A stretch of DNA of 64,000 nt from Candidatus Gottesmanbacteria bacterium (GCA_023245335.1 JAHFKK010000001.1:427282-491281); one strand, 5' to 3'; positions 39,484-48,819 are shown, counted from the first letter of the stretch. Program-made: numbers and translations. The notes: generated by a model from the sequence alone, not told the origin.

Positions 39484-41124
39484 ATGCAAATATCTCGGCA
39501 TATAGCTATAAAGCAGTACCGTTATCTCGCGTTCGGCGTTGCAGTAACGCTCTGCGTGATTGCAATCGCCGCAGTATTACTTCACCAGCAAGCTGCGGTT
39601 CTTCACGTAGAGGATGAGATAATCCAAAGAATGCCATTTGCCGTGCCGGGTCTACCCACATGCCCCGGCTGCAACGTTATTCTCGTTTCATTGGATACTT
39701 TGCGTGCGGATGAGTTGCCTTGCTACGGATACGCACGGAATACCGCGCCCAATCTATGTGCCTTTGCCGGTCAGAATATACAGTTTAATCGGTTGTATTC
39801 AGAATCCTCAAACACATTAGATGGCCACATGTCCATATTTACCGGATTGTATCCAAGTACGCATCACGTCATTAATGAACTAACGGATGCGTTAAATCCG
39901 AACATCAAGACACTGACAGAAACTCTTGCGGGTCATGGGTATAAAACCATATATGCAGGAACGACGGGTGATCCGAATTTGCCGATCAAGCTCGGGTTAG
40001 GGCGCGGGTTTACAGAAATTCATCCTATGCAATCTCTGCAACCAGGATGGAAGGAGGATTATATGCGACTCCTCCCGGAACTCACGGGTACCAAACCGGC
40101 ATTTATTTTTTTGCACACGTATGCCGTCCACGATCCCTACGTTGCCGGTCACGGCCCCCGTTTGTACGTGCCGGGATCGATTCAGGGATTGCCGATGACG
40201 CTCGACGAGTTTTCCCCGACGAGTATAGAATTTTATCAATTTGTCCTCAGTGACTATCGTATTCGTCTTGCGGCAAGTGATACGTCAGACAGTGTCGCCA
40301 GAAGTCAGGCAATCGTTTCCGGCTTACAGGATGCGATAGCAACAGGAAATATCAAGAGCGGCAAGGCTATATTCGATTCATTTCCGTCGTATGAACAGTA
40401 CAAATATCATGACGGTTGGTATTGGCATTTGATCGACAAGCATAATCCCGGTGATGTTGCGTATATTCGAGGGTTATATGACGAGCGGCTTCATAGTCTT
40501 GATGCCAATCTCAAACCGCTTCTTGAGTTTGTCTCCAGGCCGGAGATCAAACGAAAGACCATCATCATATTTGTCGCAGATCACGGGGAAGAGTTTATGG
40601 AACACCGTCATATGTTGCATACCAATAATATTTACAATACCGTTACCCACGTGCCGTTTATTATGGCGGCCCCCCGCATCCCGTCCGGCCAGATAAACGC
40701 TCTTGTTCAGAATATCGACCTATATCCGACGATATTGGCTTTGACCGGTATTCAGTCGCCGGGCGCTGTCGAAGGGAATAGCATCCTGCCTATTCTGTTG
40801 GGGGATCGGTCACAAAAAGGAGATCCGTACGTCATAAGCGAACATCGCAATGATTTCGTCCGCAGTATACAGGATGGCAGCTGGAAGCTCTATGTCAATA
40901 AGCTCGAAAATGGCACCATCACTCATGAGCTGTATAACCTTGTTGTTGATCCGGCCGAACAGCACAATGTGCTCACAATGCATCCCGACATTCAGAGTCG
41001 GCTGACGAAGGCCCTCAAGACTATATTATCCAGATCACCGGTCTATAAGCCGATAAACAATGAATTTCCCGACTGGATCGATCAAAAAACGCGTGATGAA
41101 CTCTCGACAGAAGGGTATTTTTGA
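39484..41124 (+). CDS. sulfatase-like hydrolase/transferase, paralog B
   Basis: 'CPGCNVILVSLDTLRAD', 'SSNTLDGHMSIFTG', 'ADHGEEF'; collinear with 37831-39447. Confidence 0.88.
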   Translation: MQISRHIAIKQYRYLAFGVAVTLCVIAIAAVLLHQQAAVLHVEDEIIQRMPFAVPGLPTCPGCNVILVSLDTLRADELPCYGYARNTAPNLCAFAGQNIQFNRLYSESSNTLDGHMSIFTGLYPSTHHVINELTDALNPNIKTLTETLAGHGYKTIYAGTTGDPNLPIKLGLGRGFTEIHPMQSLQPGWKEDYMRLLPELTGTKPAFIFLHTYAVHDPYVAGHGPRLYVPGSIQGLPMTLDEFSPTSIEFYQFVLSDYRIRLAASDTSDSVARSQAIVSGLQDAIATGNIKSGKAIFDSFPSYEQYKYHDGWYWHLIDKHNPGDVAYIRGLYDERLHSLDANLKPLLEFVSRPEIKRKTIIIFVADHGEEFMEHRHMLHTNNIYNTVTHVPFIMAAPRIPSGQINALVQNIDLYPTILALTGIQSPGAVEGNSILPILLGDRSQKGDPYVISEHRNDFVRSIQDGSWKLYVNKLENGTITHELYNLVVDPAEQHNVLTMHPDIQSRLTKALKTILSRSPVYKPINNEFPDWIDQKTRDELSTEGYF

Positions 41125-41130
41125 CGCCCA

Positions 41131-41159
41131 TTGACCGAGAAACCGGCTTCGGGTATAAT
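41131..41159 (+). promoter_or_regulatory. sigma70 promoter of infA-alpha operon
   Basis: TTGACC-17 nt-TATAAT. Confidence 0.75.
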
Positions 41160-41170
41160 AAGCTTCTTAT

Positions 41171-41207
41171 AGATTTCCCTCTCTAACTAAGAGGGAAGTC
41201 TTGTTTG
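41171..41207 (+). terminator. 12-bp hairpin with U-rich tail in infA leader
   Basis: AGATTTCCCTCT-ctaacta-AGAGGGAAGTCT followed by TGTTTG. Confidence 0.5.
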
Positions 41208-41216
41208 TATCTTGTT

Positions 41217-41435
41217 ATGACGCATCAGGGAAATATAGAAATAGAGGGGGAAGTAACCGAGTGTCTGCCGAATACATTATTTCGTGTAAAGTTAGCGAAT
41301 GGGCATATTGTACTTTGTCATCTTTCGGGCAAAATGAGGCTGAATTTCATCCGCATCATGCCGGGAGACAGGGTGAGGTTGGAAATGACCCCGTATGATC
41401 CGACGAAGGGAAGAATTACGTATAGGATGAAATAA
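41217..41435 (+). CDS. infA: translation initiation factor IF-1
   Basis: '[15 protein letters not shown]', 'SGKMR...IRI.PGDRV', 'GRITYR'. Confidence 0.98.
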   Translation: MTHQGNIEIEGEVTECLPNTLFRVKLANGHIVLCHLSGKMRLNFIRIMPGDRVRLEMTPYDPTKGRITYRMK

Positions 41436-41439
41436 ACGT

Positions 41440-41553
41440 ATGAAAGTCCGAGCAAGCATCAAGCCAATGTGTAGAAAATGTAAGATCGTCCGCCGCCGGG
41501 GGCGGGTATTTGTCATTTGTGACAACCCGAAGCACAAACAGCGACAAGGATAA
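41440..41553 (+). CDS. rpmJ: 50S ribosomal protein L36 (Zn-binding form; too short for the ORF track)
   Basis: Manual translation [37 protein letters not shown]. Confidence 0.97.
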   Translation: MKVRASIKPMCRKCKIVRRRGRVFVICDNPKHKQRQG

Positions 41554-41555
41554 CT

Positions 41556-41972
41556 ATGGTACGTATCTCTGGAGTTGATTTACCAAACGAAAAACGCCTG
41601 GACATCGCGCTTACCTACCTCTATGGGATTGGAAGGGCAAATGTGGTGCGCGTCATAAAGATAGCGGAGTTGGATCCGAGTAGGAGACTGAAGACTCTTA
41701 CCGATGATGAGGTCAGCAAACTTTCCAAAATTATAGAAAAAGATTTTGTCGTGGAAGGAAATTTGCGCCGGAGCGTCGGAGACAATATCAAACGCCTTAT
41801 CGAGATCAAAGCATACCGGGGAATGCGACATGCCCACAGGCTGCCGGCACGCGGACAGCGAACCCGTACGAATGCCCGTACCAAGCGCGGGAAGCGCTTG
41901 ACGGTCGGTGCACTTAAGAAAGAAGATCGAGCAAAGCAGGACACAAAACCGACAGCAGAGGGGGCAGCATAA
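41556..41972 (+). CDS. rpsM: 30S ribosomal protein S13
   Basis: 'RISGVDLP', 'YGIG', '[11 protein letters not shown]'. Confidence 0.98.
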   Translation: MVRISGVDLPNEKRLDIALTYLYGIGRANVVRVIKIAELDPSRRLKTLTDDEVSKLSKIIEKDFVVEGNLRRSVGDNIKRLIEIKAYRGMRHAHRLPARGQRTRTNARTKRGKRLTVGALKKEDRAKQDTKPTAEGAA

Positions 41973-42343
41973 TGGCAGCAAAGTCAGCAACACCGGTACC
42001 AGCCAAAGGACGCGTGTATATCACAGCGACGTTCAATAACACCTTAGTGACCATCACCGATGAACACGGTAACGCGTTTTATTGGGGGTCATCCGGCTTG
42101 GTCGGATTCAAGGGTGCCCGTCGGGCTACCCCATATGCCGCGACTACCGCGGTTGAAGCAGTCGCACGCAAAGCACAGGATGCGGGTATGCGGGAAGTGG
42201 AAGTATACATCAAAGGACCGGGCGCGGGACGGGATGCAGCGCTTCGGGCCCTGAAAGCAGTCGGGATGGGTATCACGCTTATTGCCGATGTGACGCCGAT
42301 TCCTCATAACGGAGTGCGACCGAAGAAAAAGAGGAGAGTCTAA
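41972..42343 (+). CDS. rpsK: 30S ribosomal protein S11
   Basis: 'ATFNNT', 'TPYAA', '[15 protein letters not shown]'. Confidence 0.98.
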   Translation: MAAKSATPVPAKGRVYITATFNNTLVTITDEHGNAFYWGSSGLVGFKGARRATPYAATTAVEAVARKAQDAGMREVEVYIKGPGAGRDAALRALKAVGMGITLIADVTPIPHNGVRPKKKRRV

Positions 42344-42344
42344 T

Positions 42345-42968
42345 ATGGGACGATATACAGGACCAACCAACAGATTATCACGCAAGGAAGGTATTGACCT
42401 CGGGTTCAAAACCGTAGGGTCCCACGCACATGCGTCGCTTCTTCGAAGACTCAATGTTCCTCCGGGTCAGCACGGTCCCAAAGGCAGCAAACGAAAAGTA
42501 TCCAGCTACGGACAACAGCTTCGGGAAAAACAGAAAGTGAAGCGTATGTACGGACTACTCGAACGGCAATTCCGCCGCTATTATGCTATGGCGCGGAAAT
42601 GGCGGGGAAATACCGGGGATATGCTGGTGCAGTTTCTCGAGCGCAGACTTGATAATACGATTTACCGTATGGGCCTCGCCCCGACGCGCACATCCGCACG
42701 TCAGTTTGTTTCCCATGGGCATATCATGGTGAACGGTGCACGGGTCAACATTCCCTCGTATCTCGTTGATGTTGATCAGGTAATCGCTTTGAAGCCAAAA
42801 GGCGCGAATATTCCTGCGGTCAAGAAATTACTGGAAGATAAAACATTTGCGCCGCCGGAGTGGCTCGCGCGTCAGGGTCCGGCAGGCAAAATCGTGCGTT
42901 TACCGGAGCGCGCAGACGTAAAAGAAGATATCAATACACAGTATATTGTGGAATATTATTCTCGTTAA
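42345..42968 (+). CDS. rpsD: 30S ribosomal protein S4
   Basis: 'PPGQHG', 'QLREKQK', 'LERRLDN', 'ARQFVSHGH'. Confidence 0.98.
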   Translation: MGRYTGPTNRLSRKEGIDLGFKTVGSHAHASLLRRLNVPPGQHGPKGSKRKVSSYGQQLREKQKVKRMYGLLERQFRRYYAMARKWRGNTGDMLVQFLERRLDNTIYRMGLAPTRTSARQFVSHGHIMVNGARVNIPSYLVDVDQVIALKPKGANIPAVKKLLEDKTFAPPEWLARQGPAGKIVRLPERADVKEDINTQYIVEYYSR

Positions 42969-43035
42969 GGAGGTAGAGTTTCGGAGAGGTACTTATCCAA
43001 AGTAAGTACACTACCGTAAGCTCTAACACTAAGGT

Positions 43036-43956
43036 ATGATGGAACCAAATTTTACAATCAAAACGGAAGTTGAGAAGCCGAATTACGGTATGTTTGTCAT
43101 CGAGCCTCTTGAACAAGGGTATGGTCACACCCTGGGAAACAGCTTGCGCCGCGTGCTTTTGTCCTCTCTTTCCGGCGCCGCGTTGACGTCAGTGAAAATT
43201 AACGGCGTGAGCCACCAGTTTTCTACCCTTGAAGGGTTGAAAGAAGATGTCGTAGAACTTATTTTGAATCTCAAAAAAGTCCGTCTTTCGATGGCTGATG
43301 GAGAAAGTGCTGTCATTAAGCTCTCGAAAAAAGGACCGGGAACGGTTACCGCCAATGATTTTGATCTTCCGGCGGGAATTGAGATCGTCAATCCGAATTT
43401 GGTTATCGCAACGCTTTCAGACAAGAAAGCATCGCTCGAGTTGGAAGCAACGGTCGCCAAAGGGTATGGCTATGTTCAGGCTGATGAGCAGAAGGTCGAT
43501 GAAGTCGGCCGTATCTCAATGGATTCGTTATTCAGCCCGGTTGTCCGCGTGAATTACCGAGTGGATGCCACCCGCGTCGGCCGGATGACAAACTTGGATA
43601 AGCTGGTCATGGAAATCTGGACAGACGAAACAGTGAGTCCTTTGGAAGCGCTGCGGTCAGCGGCAAAAGTGTTGGTTTCGTTCTTCCTGCAGGTCTATGA
43701 ACCGAAGACAAAAGCCATGGAGGAAAATGTTGCCGTGACACCGACGATTTCCGACGAGGTGTTGAAAATGCGTATCGAGGAGCTCGATATCCCGACCCGT
43801 ATCGTCAATGCTCTTGCACGCGGCAATATCGAAACCATCGGACAACTTTTGGGTACACCGAAAGCGGAACTGATGAAGATCAAAAATCTCGGCGCCAAGT
43901 CCCTTTCTATCGTAGAAGAGAAACTTCGCGAAAAGGGAGTAGCGCTCACGGTTTAA
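43036..43956 (+). CDS. rpoA: RNA polymerase alpha subunit
   Basis: 'EPLEQGYGHTLGNSLRRVLLSSL', 'KNLGAKSL'. Confidence 0.99.
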   Translation: MMEPNFTIKTEVEKPNYGMFVIEPLEQGYGHTLGNSLRRVLLSSLSGAALTSVKINGVSHQFSTLEGLKEDVVELILNLKKVRLSMADGESAVIKLSKKGPGTVTANDFDLPAGIEIVNPNLVIATLSDKKASLELEATVAKGYGYVQADEQKVDEVGRISMDSLFSPVVRVNYRVDATRVGRMTNLDKLVMEIWTDETVSPLEALRSAAKVLVSFFLQVYEPKTKAMEENVAVTPTISDEVLKMRIEELDIPTRIVNALARGNIETIGQLLGTPKAELMKIKNLGAKSLSIVEEKLREKGVALTV

Positions 43957-43965
43957 GCATACTTT

Positions 43966-44454
43966 ATGAATCACGGTTATTTCGGTCGTAAGTTAGGTCG
44001 AGACGTTGGGCAGAGACGACGGTTGTTCATGCAGCTTTCGCGGTCCCTCATAACGTACGGTCGCATCAAAACAACTCTCGCCAAAGCCAAGGCTATCCAG
44101 CCGATGGTCGACAAACTTATTACTAAGGCAAAATCTGAATCGAATGCGGCGCTTTCTGAACTGCGGAAAACGCTGGCTCTCGAATCCAGCGTTGCGTCAC
44201 TCCGTGAGATGGCCAAAAGCAGATTTCATACCCGTTCAAGCGGATACACGAGGATTATTCGCCTCGGTAAACGCCATGGGGACGCAGCGGAAGAAGTATT
44301 ACTCGAATTTGTCGATGCTGCGCCGGTCAAGACGGAGGTCGTGAAGGCAAAGGCAGTCAAAGAGCCATCTTCCAAAGTACAGGAAGCAGAAGTTGTCGAA
44401 GAAAAGAAACCGGTTCAGGCCCCAAAGAAACCGGCAGTATCATCCAAAAAATAA
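43966..44454 (+). CDS. rplQ: 50S ribosomal protein L17
   Basis: 'RKLGR', 'RIKTTLAKAK', 'GYTRI', 'GDAA'. Confidence 0.97.
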   Translation: MNHGYFGRKLGRDVGQRRRLFMQLSRSLITYGRIKTTLAKAKAIQPMVDKLITKAKSESNAALSELRKTLALESSVASLREMAKSRFHTRSSGYTRIIRLGKRHGDAAEEVLLEFVDAAPVKTEVVKAKAVKEPSSKVQEAEVVEEKKPVQAPKKPAVSSKK

Positions 44455-44457
44455 CCT

Positions 44458-44877
44458 ATGCAAAAACAAACCAAGTCAACAAAAATCGGCGATGTCAAAC
44501 ACGGGTGGCATCTCGTCGACGTAAAAGATAAAATACTCGGACGGGTCGCGGTAGAGATCGCAGGGAAGCTCATCGGCAAGTCCAAGCCGTATTTTGTCCG
44601 TAACCTCGACTGTGGGGATTACGTCGTCGTCATAAATGCGAAGCATGTCAAAGTGACCGGTCGCAAAGAAAAAGAAAAGGTGTATACTCGGTATTCCGGA
44701 TATCCGGGAGGGTTACACAAAAAAATGTTGTGGGAATTACGAGCCGACAAACCTGATGAGATCATCCGTCGGGCAGTGATGGGAATGTTGCCGAAAAATC
44801 ATCTGCGTTCGATCCTTATATCCCGGCTCCATGTCCGACCGGAGGGAACGCACGAATTTGCGGATAAATTTAAGTAA
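44458..44877 (+). CDS. rplM: 50S ribosomal protein L13
   Basis: 'LGRVA', 'DCGDYVVVINA', 'SGYPGG', 'GMLPKN'. Confidence 0.98.
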   Translation: MQKQTKSTKIGDVKHGWHLVDVKDKILGRVAVEIAGKLIGKSKPYFVRNLDCGDYVVVINAKHVKVTGRKEKEKVYTRYSGYPGGLHKKMLWELRADKPDEIIRRAVMGMLPKNHLRSILISRLHVRPEGTHEFADKFK

Positions 44878-44882
44878 AGCAT

Positions 44883-45434
44883 ATGGCAGAAGATACCAAA
44901 ACACCGGTAGAAAAAACAGAAAAAGTGGTAACGGCCAAGAAAGCTGAAAAAGCCGAAGTGGTCGAGAAGACGGAAAAAGCGGAAAAGACGACAAAAGAAG
45001 CGGTGTCATATTATGAAGCGGTCGGACGCAGGAAAAATGCATCCGCACGCATACGTCTCCACGTCGTGAAAGAAGAATCAGTCACTGTGAGCGGCGTCAC
45101 CGTAGAAAAAGGCGGCATGATCGTGAACGGGCGGCCGGTAGAGAATTATTTCCCCGGTGAAGTTGCCAAAAAGATGTATCAGGAACCATTCCGTACCACC
45201 AATACGATCGGGCGGTTTGCCGTAACCGTCGTAGTCAATGGCGGAGGACCCTCCGGACAATTGGGCGCGACTATTCATGGTCTCTCACGGGCACTTGTGA
45301 AAGTAGACAAGGAAAAATTCAGGCCGATATTGAAAAAGCGCGGTCTCATGACGCGGGATTCCCGGAAGAAACAACGCATCAAAGCAGGATTTGCCCACAA
45401 ATCACGCGCGCGGAAACAATCTCCGAAACGATAA
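44883..45434 (+). CDS. rpsI: 30S ribosomal protein S9 (charged N-terminal extension)
   Basis: 'VGRRKNASAR', 'GGGPSGQ', 'TRDSR', ends 'KR'. Confidence 0.97.
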   Translation: MAEDTKTPVEKTEKVVTAKKAEKAEVVEKTEKAEKTTKEAVSYYEAVGRRKNASARIRLHVVKEESVTVSGVTVEKGGMIVNGRPVENYFPGEVAKKMYQEPFRTTNTIGRFAVTVVVNGGGPSGQLGATIHGLSRALVKVDKEKFRPILKKRGLMTRDSRKKQRIKAGFAHKSRARKQSPKR

Positions 45435-45437
45435 CGT

Positions 45438-46025
45438 TTATTTTCCTCCCGATCGCTGTATAAAATCCTTGAGAAGCTGTTGTTGCGATTGTTTGGAAAG
45501 CAGCTTCATCCCGCTTCGTTGTTTAGTGATCTCCCACAACGTGATTGCCGTTGCGACCGATACGTTGAGGCTCTGTACAAATCCCATCATGGGGATCAGG
45601 ATTATTCTGTCAGCAAAGGTCAGCGCACCCTCCGACAGTCCGCGGTGCTCATTGCCAACCAGTACGGCGATTTTCTTTTCGGGAAATGTCGCCGTCATCA
45701 ATGATTCTGACCGGTTTGTTAGTGCCGTGGCGATAGTCGTATACCCGTCATCCTTTAGTTCCCGGAGGCAGGCTTTCGTTGATGTGAATGTTTTGAAGTT
45801 CAGCCATTTGTTGGCCGAGGAACTCGATGACTTGCCGATTTTTGCGGGGTTATACGTTTCTTCTTTTTCAAAAATGAAGTAGACATTCTGAATGCCCAAG
45901 GCGTCACACGTCCGAAGGATTGCTCCTGCATTATGCGGATCGTGGATATCCTCAAGTACTACGATAAATCCAGATTGCCTTTGAGATACAACTGAAGTGA
46001 TTTTTCGTTTGCGCGCATCGTTCAT
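45438..46025 (-). CDS. trmH: TrmH/SpoU family RNA methyltransferase
   Basis: 'DIHDPHNAGAILRTCDA.G', 'GNEHRG', 'IPMMGFVQSLNVSVA'; real start taken as ATG 46025 because the longer ORF runs through the tRNA. Confidence 0.88.
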   Translation of the reverse strand: MNDARKRKITSVVSQRQSGFIVVLEDIHDPHNAGAILRTCDALGIQNVYFIFEKEETYNPAKIGKSSSSSANKWLNFKTFTSTKACLRELKDDGYTTIATALTNRSESLMTATFPEKKIAVLVGNEHRGLSEGALTFADRIILIPMMGFVQSLNVSVATAITLWEITKQRSGMKLLSKQSQQQLLKDFIQRSGGK

Positions 46026-46035
46026 GAAACGCTTG

Positions 46036-46109
46036 TCGGGGTGGGCAGACTTGAACTGCCAACCGCTCGCACCCCATGCGAGTGCGCTAGCCAATTGCGC
46101 CACACCCCG
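46036..46109 (-). tRNA. tRNA-Pro (GGG), CCA not encoded
   Basis: Minus strand CGGGGTG tggcgcaattggctagcgc a CTCGC-ATGGGGT-GCGAG cggtt GGCAG-TTCAAGT-CTGCC CACCCCG A; full cloverleaf. Confidence 0.95.
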
Positions 46110-46110
46110 G

Positions 46111-46362
46111 TTAAAAATTCTCTAAAATTATTTTTTTAAACTTTTTCCCTACGCCAGTTTTTAAATATTTTTCTCTTCTTAGTGCATCTTCCTTACAGAC
46201 AAAAGATTCATAGTACTTCAGCTCAAATGGACCATTTGCCGATGTCCACTGATTTGACCCCGTATTATGTTCTCTTAACCGTTCTGACGGATGTTTTCCA
46301 GTACTTCCCACATATGATTTTCCATTGCTAATACTAACCAAAACGTATACATACCACAACAT
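46111..46362 (-). CDS. small GIY-YIG nuclease family protein
   Basis: 'WYVYVL.S....SYVGST', 'RLREHN.G', 'YYE.F....A..RE.YLK.G.G'; visibly more AT-rich than its neighbours. Confidence 0.92.
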   Translation of the reverse strand: MLWYVYVLVSISNGKSYVGSTGKHPSERLREHNTGSNQWTSANGPFELKYYESFVCKEDALRREKYLKTGVGKKFKKIILENF

Positions 46363-46368
46363 ACAAAT

Positions 46369-46417
46369 CCAATTGTCGTCCAGAGGACGATCAGCCTCTG
46401 GCTGACGCCACACCCCG
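46369..46417 (-). mobile_element. duplicated tRNA-Pro 5' end (19 nt) split by a 30-nt double-hairpin element
   Basis: Minus strand CGGGGTGTGGCG[TCAGCCAGAGGCTGATCGTCCTCTGGACGA]CAATTGG versus tRNA CGGGGTGTGGCGCAATTGG (46091-46109). Confidence 0.75.
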
Positions 46418-46426
46418 AGTCCTTGT

Positions 46427-46435
46427 ATTCTACCA
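46427..46435 (-). promoter_or_regulatory. extended -10 promoter for the GIY-YIG/tRNA-Pro/trmH transcript
   Basis: Minus strand TGgTAGAAT, 9 nt before the duplicated tRNA 5' end. Confidence 0.55.
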
Positions 46436-46471
46436 TTTTTTGTGTAAGAATGAGACTCATCTTACGCACGT

Positions 46472-47245
46472 ATGGCTATTTCTCCTCTACTTGTCATTAT
46501 CGGGATACCGCTTTTTATATTCATTGTTTTTTCTCTCCGCATCCTGCAGGAATATGAGCGGGGAGTCATTTTTTTCCTCGGAAGATTAACGGGCGTCCGG
46601 GGACCCGGTATCATTTTGTTGTTTCCGTTTCTGGAAACGATGACGAAAGTGGGACTCCGGACCGTGACGATGGACATCCCGTCGCAAAAAATTATTACCA
46701 AGGATAACGTTTCCATCGATATCGCAGCAGTTGCGTATTATCACATCAGTGATCCTTCCAAGTCAGTCGTTGCGGTAGAAAACGTCGAGTACGCCGTCAA
46801 CCAAATCAGTCAGACGACTGTACGAAACGTCGTCGGGCAGTTTATGCTGGATCAGCTGCTTTCCAAAACGAAAGATATCAATGCGCAGATCGGGACGATT
46901 ATCGATCAGCATACCGAACCATGGGGGGTACAGGTGACTGCAGTCGAAATTAAAGACATCACCCTACCGGACAACATGCAGCGGGCTATGGCCAAAGAAG
47001 CCGAAGCGGAACGTGAACGCCGCGCCAAGATTGTGGCAGCCGAAGGAGAATTTCAGGCGGCACAAAAGTTAGGAGAGGCCGCTGATCTCATCACCCAGCA
47101 CCCGGTAGCCCTGCAGCTGCGGACGCTTCAGACGATGGCGGAAATAAGCACAGAGAAGAACTCAACGATTATTTTTCCCGCTCAGTTCATGACCACAGTT
47201 ACGGAAGCGCTGAAGACGTTGAAAGCGGATTCGTCAGCTAAATAA
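46472..47245 (+). CDS. SPFH/stomatin-like (slipin) protein
   Basis: '[11 protein letters not shown]', 'ITKDNV', 'QTTVRNV.G', '[18 protein letters not shown]', 'QLRTLQT'. Confidence 0.93.
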   Translation: MAISPLLVIIGIPLFIFIVFSLRILQEYERGVIFFLGRLTGVRGPGIILLFPFLETMTKVGLRTVTMDIPSQKIITKDNVSIDIAAVAYYHISDPSKSVVAVENVEYAVNQISQTTVRNVVGQFMLDQLLSKTKDINAQIGTIIDQHTEPWGVQVTAVEIKDITLPDNMQRAMAKEAEAERERRAKIVAAEGEFQAAQKLGEAADLITQHPVALQLRTLQTMAEISTEKNSTIIFPAQFMTTVTEALKTLKADSSAK

Positions 47246-47274
47246 CACACTTGCCCAAGTGAAAGGAGCATCCT

Positions 47275-48312
47275 ATGTCAGTTGATGCAAAAGTTCAAGC
47301 GATACGGCTTGCTATGGACCAGATCGAGAAACAATACGGAAAAGGCTCGATCATGAAGCTCGGTGAGAAAGCGAATATCCGGGATGCGATCGACGTCATT
47401 TCGACCGGAATACTTCCTCTCGATATGGCGCTCGGCGTCGGAGGAGTTCCGCGCGGCAGGATACTCGAAATTTACGGCCCGGAAGCGTCAGGAAAGACGA
47501 CTGTGTGCCTTTCGATCATCGCAGAAGCACAGAAGGCGTCAGGGGTCGCGGCATTTATCGACGCGGAACACGCGCTTGACCCGCAGTGGGCCGAAGTGCT
47601 CGGGGTCCAGCTTGACGATCTTCTCATTTCCCAACCGGACACCGGCGAACAGGCGCTTGAAATTGCGGAAACGCTTATCCGAAGCGGTGGCATAGATGTC
47701 ATAGTCATAGACTCGGTCGCGGCGTTAGTGCCGAGGGCAGAGATAGAAGGGGAAATGGGAGATAGTATGGTTGGCGTGCAGGCCCGGCTTATGTCGCAGG
47801 CGCTTCGCAAACTTACCGCAGTCATTTCCAAATCAAAAACGGTCGTCATATTTACCAATCAATTGCGCCAAAAGATCGGCGTCATGTTTGGGAATCCGGA
47901 GACGACACCGGGAGGACTGGCGCTCAAGTTTTACGCGAGCGTCCGCATGGATTCACGCAAGATCGAGACACTGAAAGACGGCGACAAAGTGATCGGAAGC
48001 CGCCATCGTGTACGTATCGTCAAAAACAAAGTCTCCCCGCCGTTCCGGCTTGCGGAGTTTGACGTGATGCATGACGGCATATCCAAAGAAGGGTCGCTTA
48101 TCGATGTCGGGGTAGAGCTCGGTGTCGTCAATAAATCCGGCGCGTTTCTCAAATACGGGTCACAGATGCTCGGCCAGGGGAAGGAAGCGGCCAAGCAGTA
48201 CCTCAGAGAGAATACAAAAGTCGCCCGGGAGATCGGTGAAGCGATTTGGAAGATAGTCAAATCCGGCCACGCGCAGCCGAAAGTCGCACCAGCTGAACCG
48301 AGTGAGGAGTAA
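47275..48312 (+). CDS. recA: recombinase RecA
   Basis: 'GPEASGKTT', 'DAEHALDP', 'DSVAAL', 'ALKFYASVR'. Confidence 0.99.
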   Translation: MSVDAKVQAIRLAMDQIEKQYGKGSIMKLGEKANIRDAIDVISTGILPLDMALGVGGVPRGRILEIYGPEASGKTTVCLSIIAEAQKASGVAAFIDAEHALDPQWAEVLGVQLDDLLISQPDTGEQALEIAETLIRSGGIDVIVIDSVAALVPRAEIEGEMGDSMVGVQARLMSQALRKLTAVISKSKTVVIFTNQLRQKIGVMFGNPETTPGGLALKFYASVRMDSRKIETLKDGDKVIGSRHRVRIVKNKVSPPFRLAEFDVMHDGISKEGSLIDVGVELGVVNKSGAFLKYGSQMLGQGKEAAKQYLRENTKVAREIGEAIWKIVKSGHAQPKVAPAEPSEE

Positions 48313-48330
48313 GACACTTCCTGCCACACC

Positions 48331-48819
48331 ATGGACGAGACGGAGTACGAGAAACTATTAGGAGCCGCCATCCGGTTCGTGTCATTCCGCCCGAGAAGCG
48401 AGAAAGAACTTCGGGATTTTTGTCGGAAAACACTCAAGCGCCACCATACGACGGCGCCCATCGTCATCGAGAAAGTACTTACGAGACTTACGGAGTATGG
48501 ATACGTCGATGACGTGAAGTTCGTCGAGTGGTGGGCGGGACAGCGTGCCTCGTTTAAACCCAAAGGCAGGCGGGCGGTGACTGTCGAACTTCGCGCGAAA
48601 GGAATTCCGAAAGAGGCGATTGAGGCGTATTTCTTATCTTCGAATGACGCTCCGGACGACCTCGCGCTCGCCCGGAAAGCAGTAGGACGCAAGCTCGTAT
48701 TGTGGGAGGCATTGCCGCTTCAGGCGAAGAAAAAGAAGCTCTATGATTTTTTGTACCGGCGCGGATTTGATGCCGACGTCGTCGGCCGCGTCGTTGACGA
48801 TGCCTTCGGAAAAGAGTAA
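48331..48819 (+). CDS. recX: regulatory protein RecX
   Basis: 'RPRSEKEL', 'GYVDD..F', 'EL..KGI', 'RRGF'; follows recA. Confidence 0.9.
   Translation: MDETEYEKLLGAAIRFVSFRPRSEKELRDFCRKTLKRHHTTAPIVIEKVLTRLTEYGYVDDVKFVEWWAGQRASFKPKGRRAVTVELRAKGIPKEAIEAYFLSSNDAPDDLALARKAVGRKLVLWEALPLQAKKKKLYDFLYRRGFDADVVGRVVDDAFGKE

Noticed and set aside
42975-43026. Imperfect hairpin between rpsD and rpoA
   Set aside because: Real stem (GTACTTA/TAAGTAC core) but no promoter, U-tract or second copy seen, so no function can be supported.
44883-45000. EKTEK/EKAEK repeats in S9 and Lys/Ala-rich tails on L4 and L17
   Set aside because: Low-complexity ribosomal protein extensions are common; not a DNA repeat element.
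46026-46103. N-terminal extension of the TrmH ORF
   Set aside because: It is the tRNA-Pro sequence read in frame; the plausible start is ATG 46025.
46363-46413. N-terminal extension of the GIY-YIG ORF (MWRQPEADRPLDDNWIC)
   Set aside because: Translates the tRNA fragment and the palindrome; the domain starts at ATG 46362. Use of the upstream GTG cannot be fully excluded.
46036-46417. Intron-containing or split tRNA interpretation of the tRNA-Pro locus
   Set aside because: The downstream tRNA is complete on its own, and no group I/II intron core or bulge-helix-bulge motif is evident.
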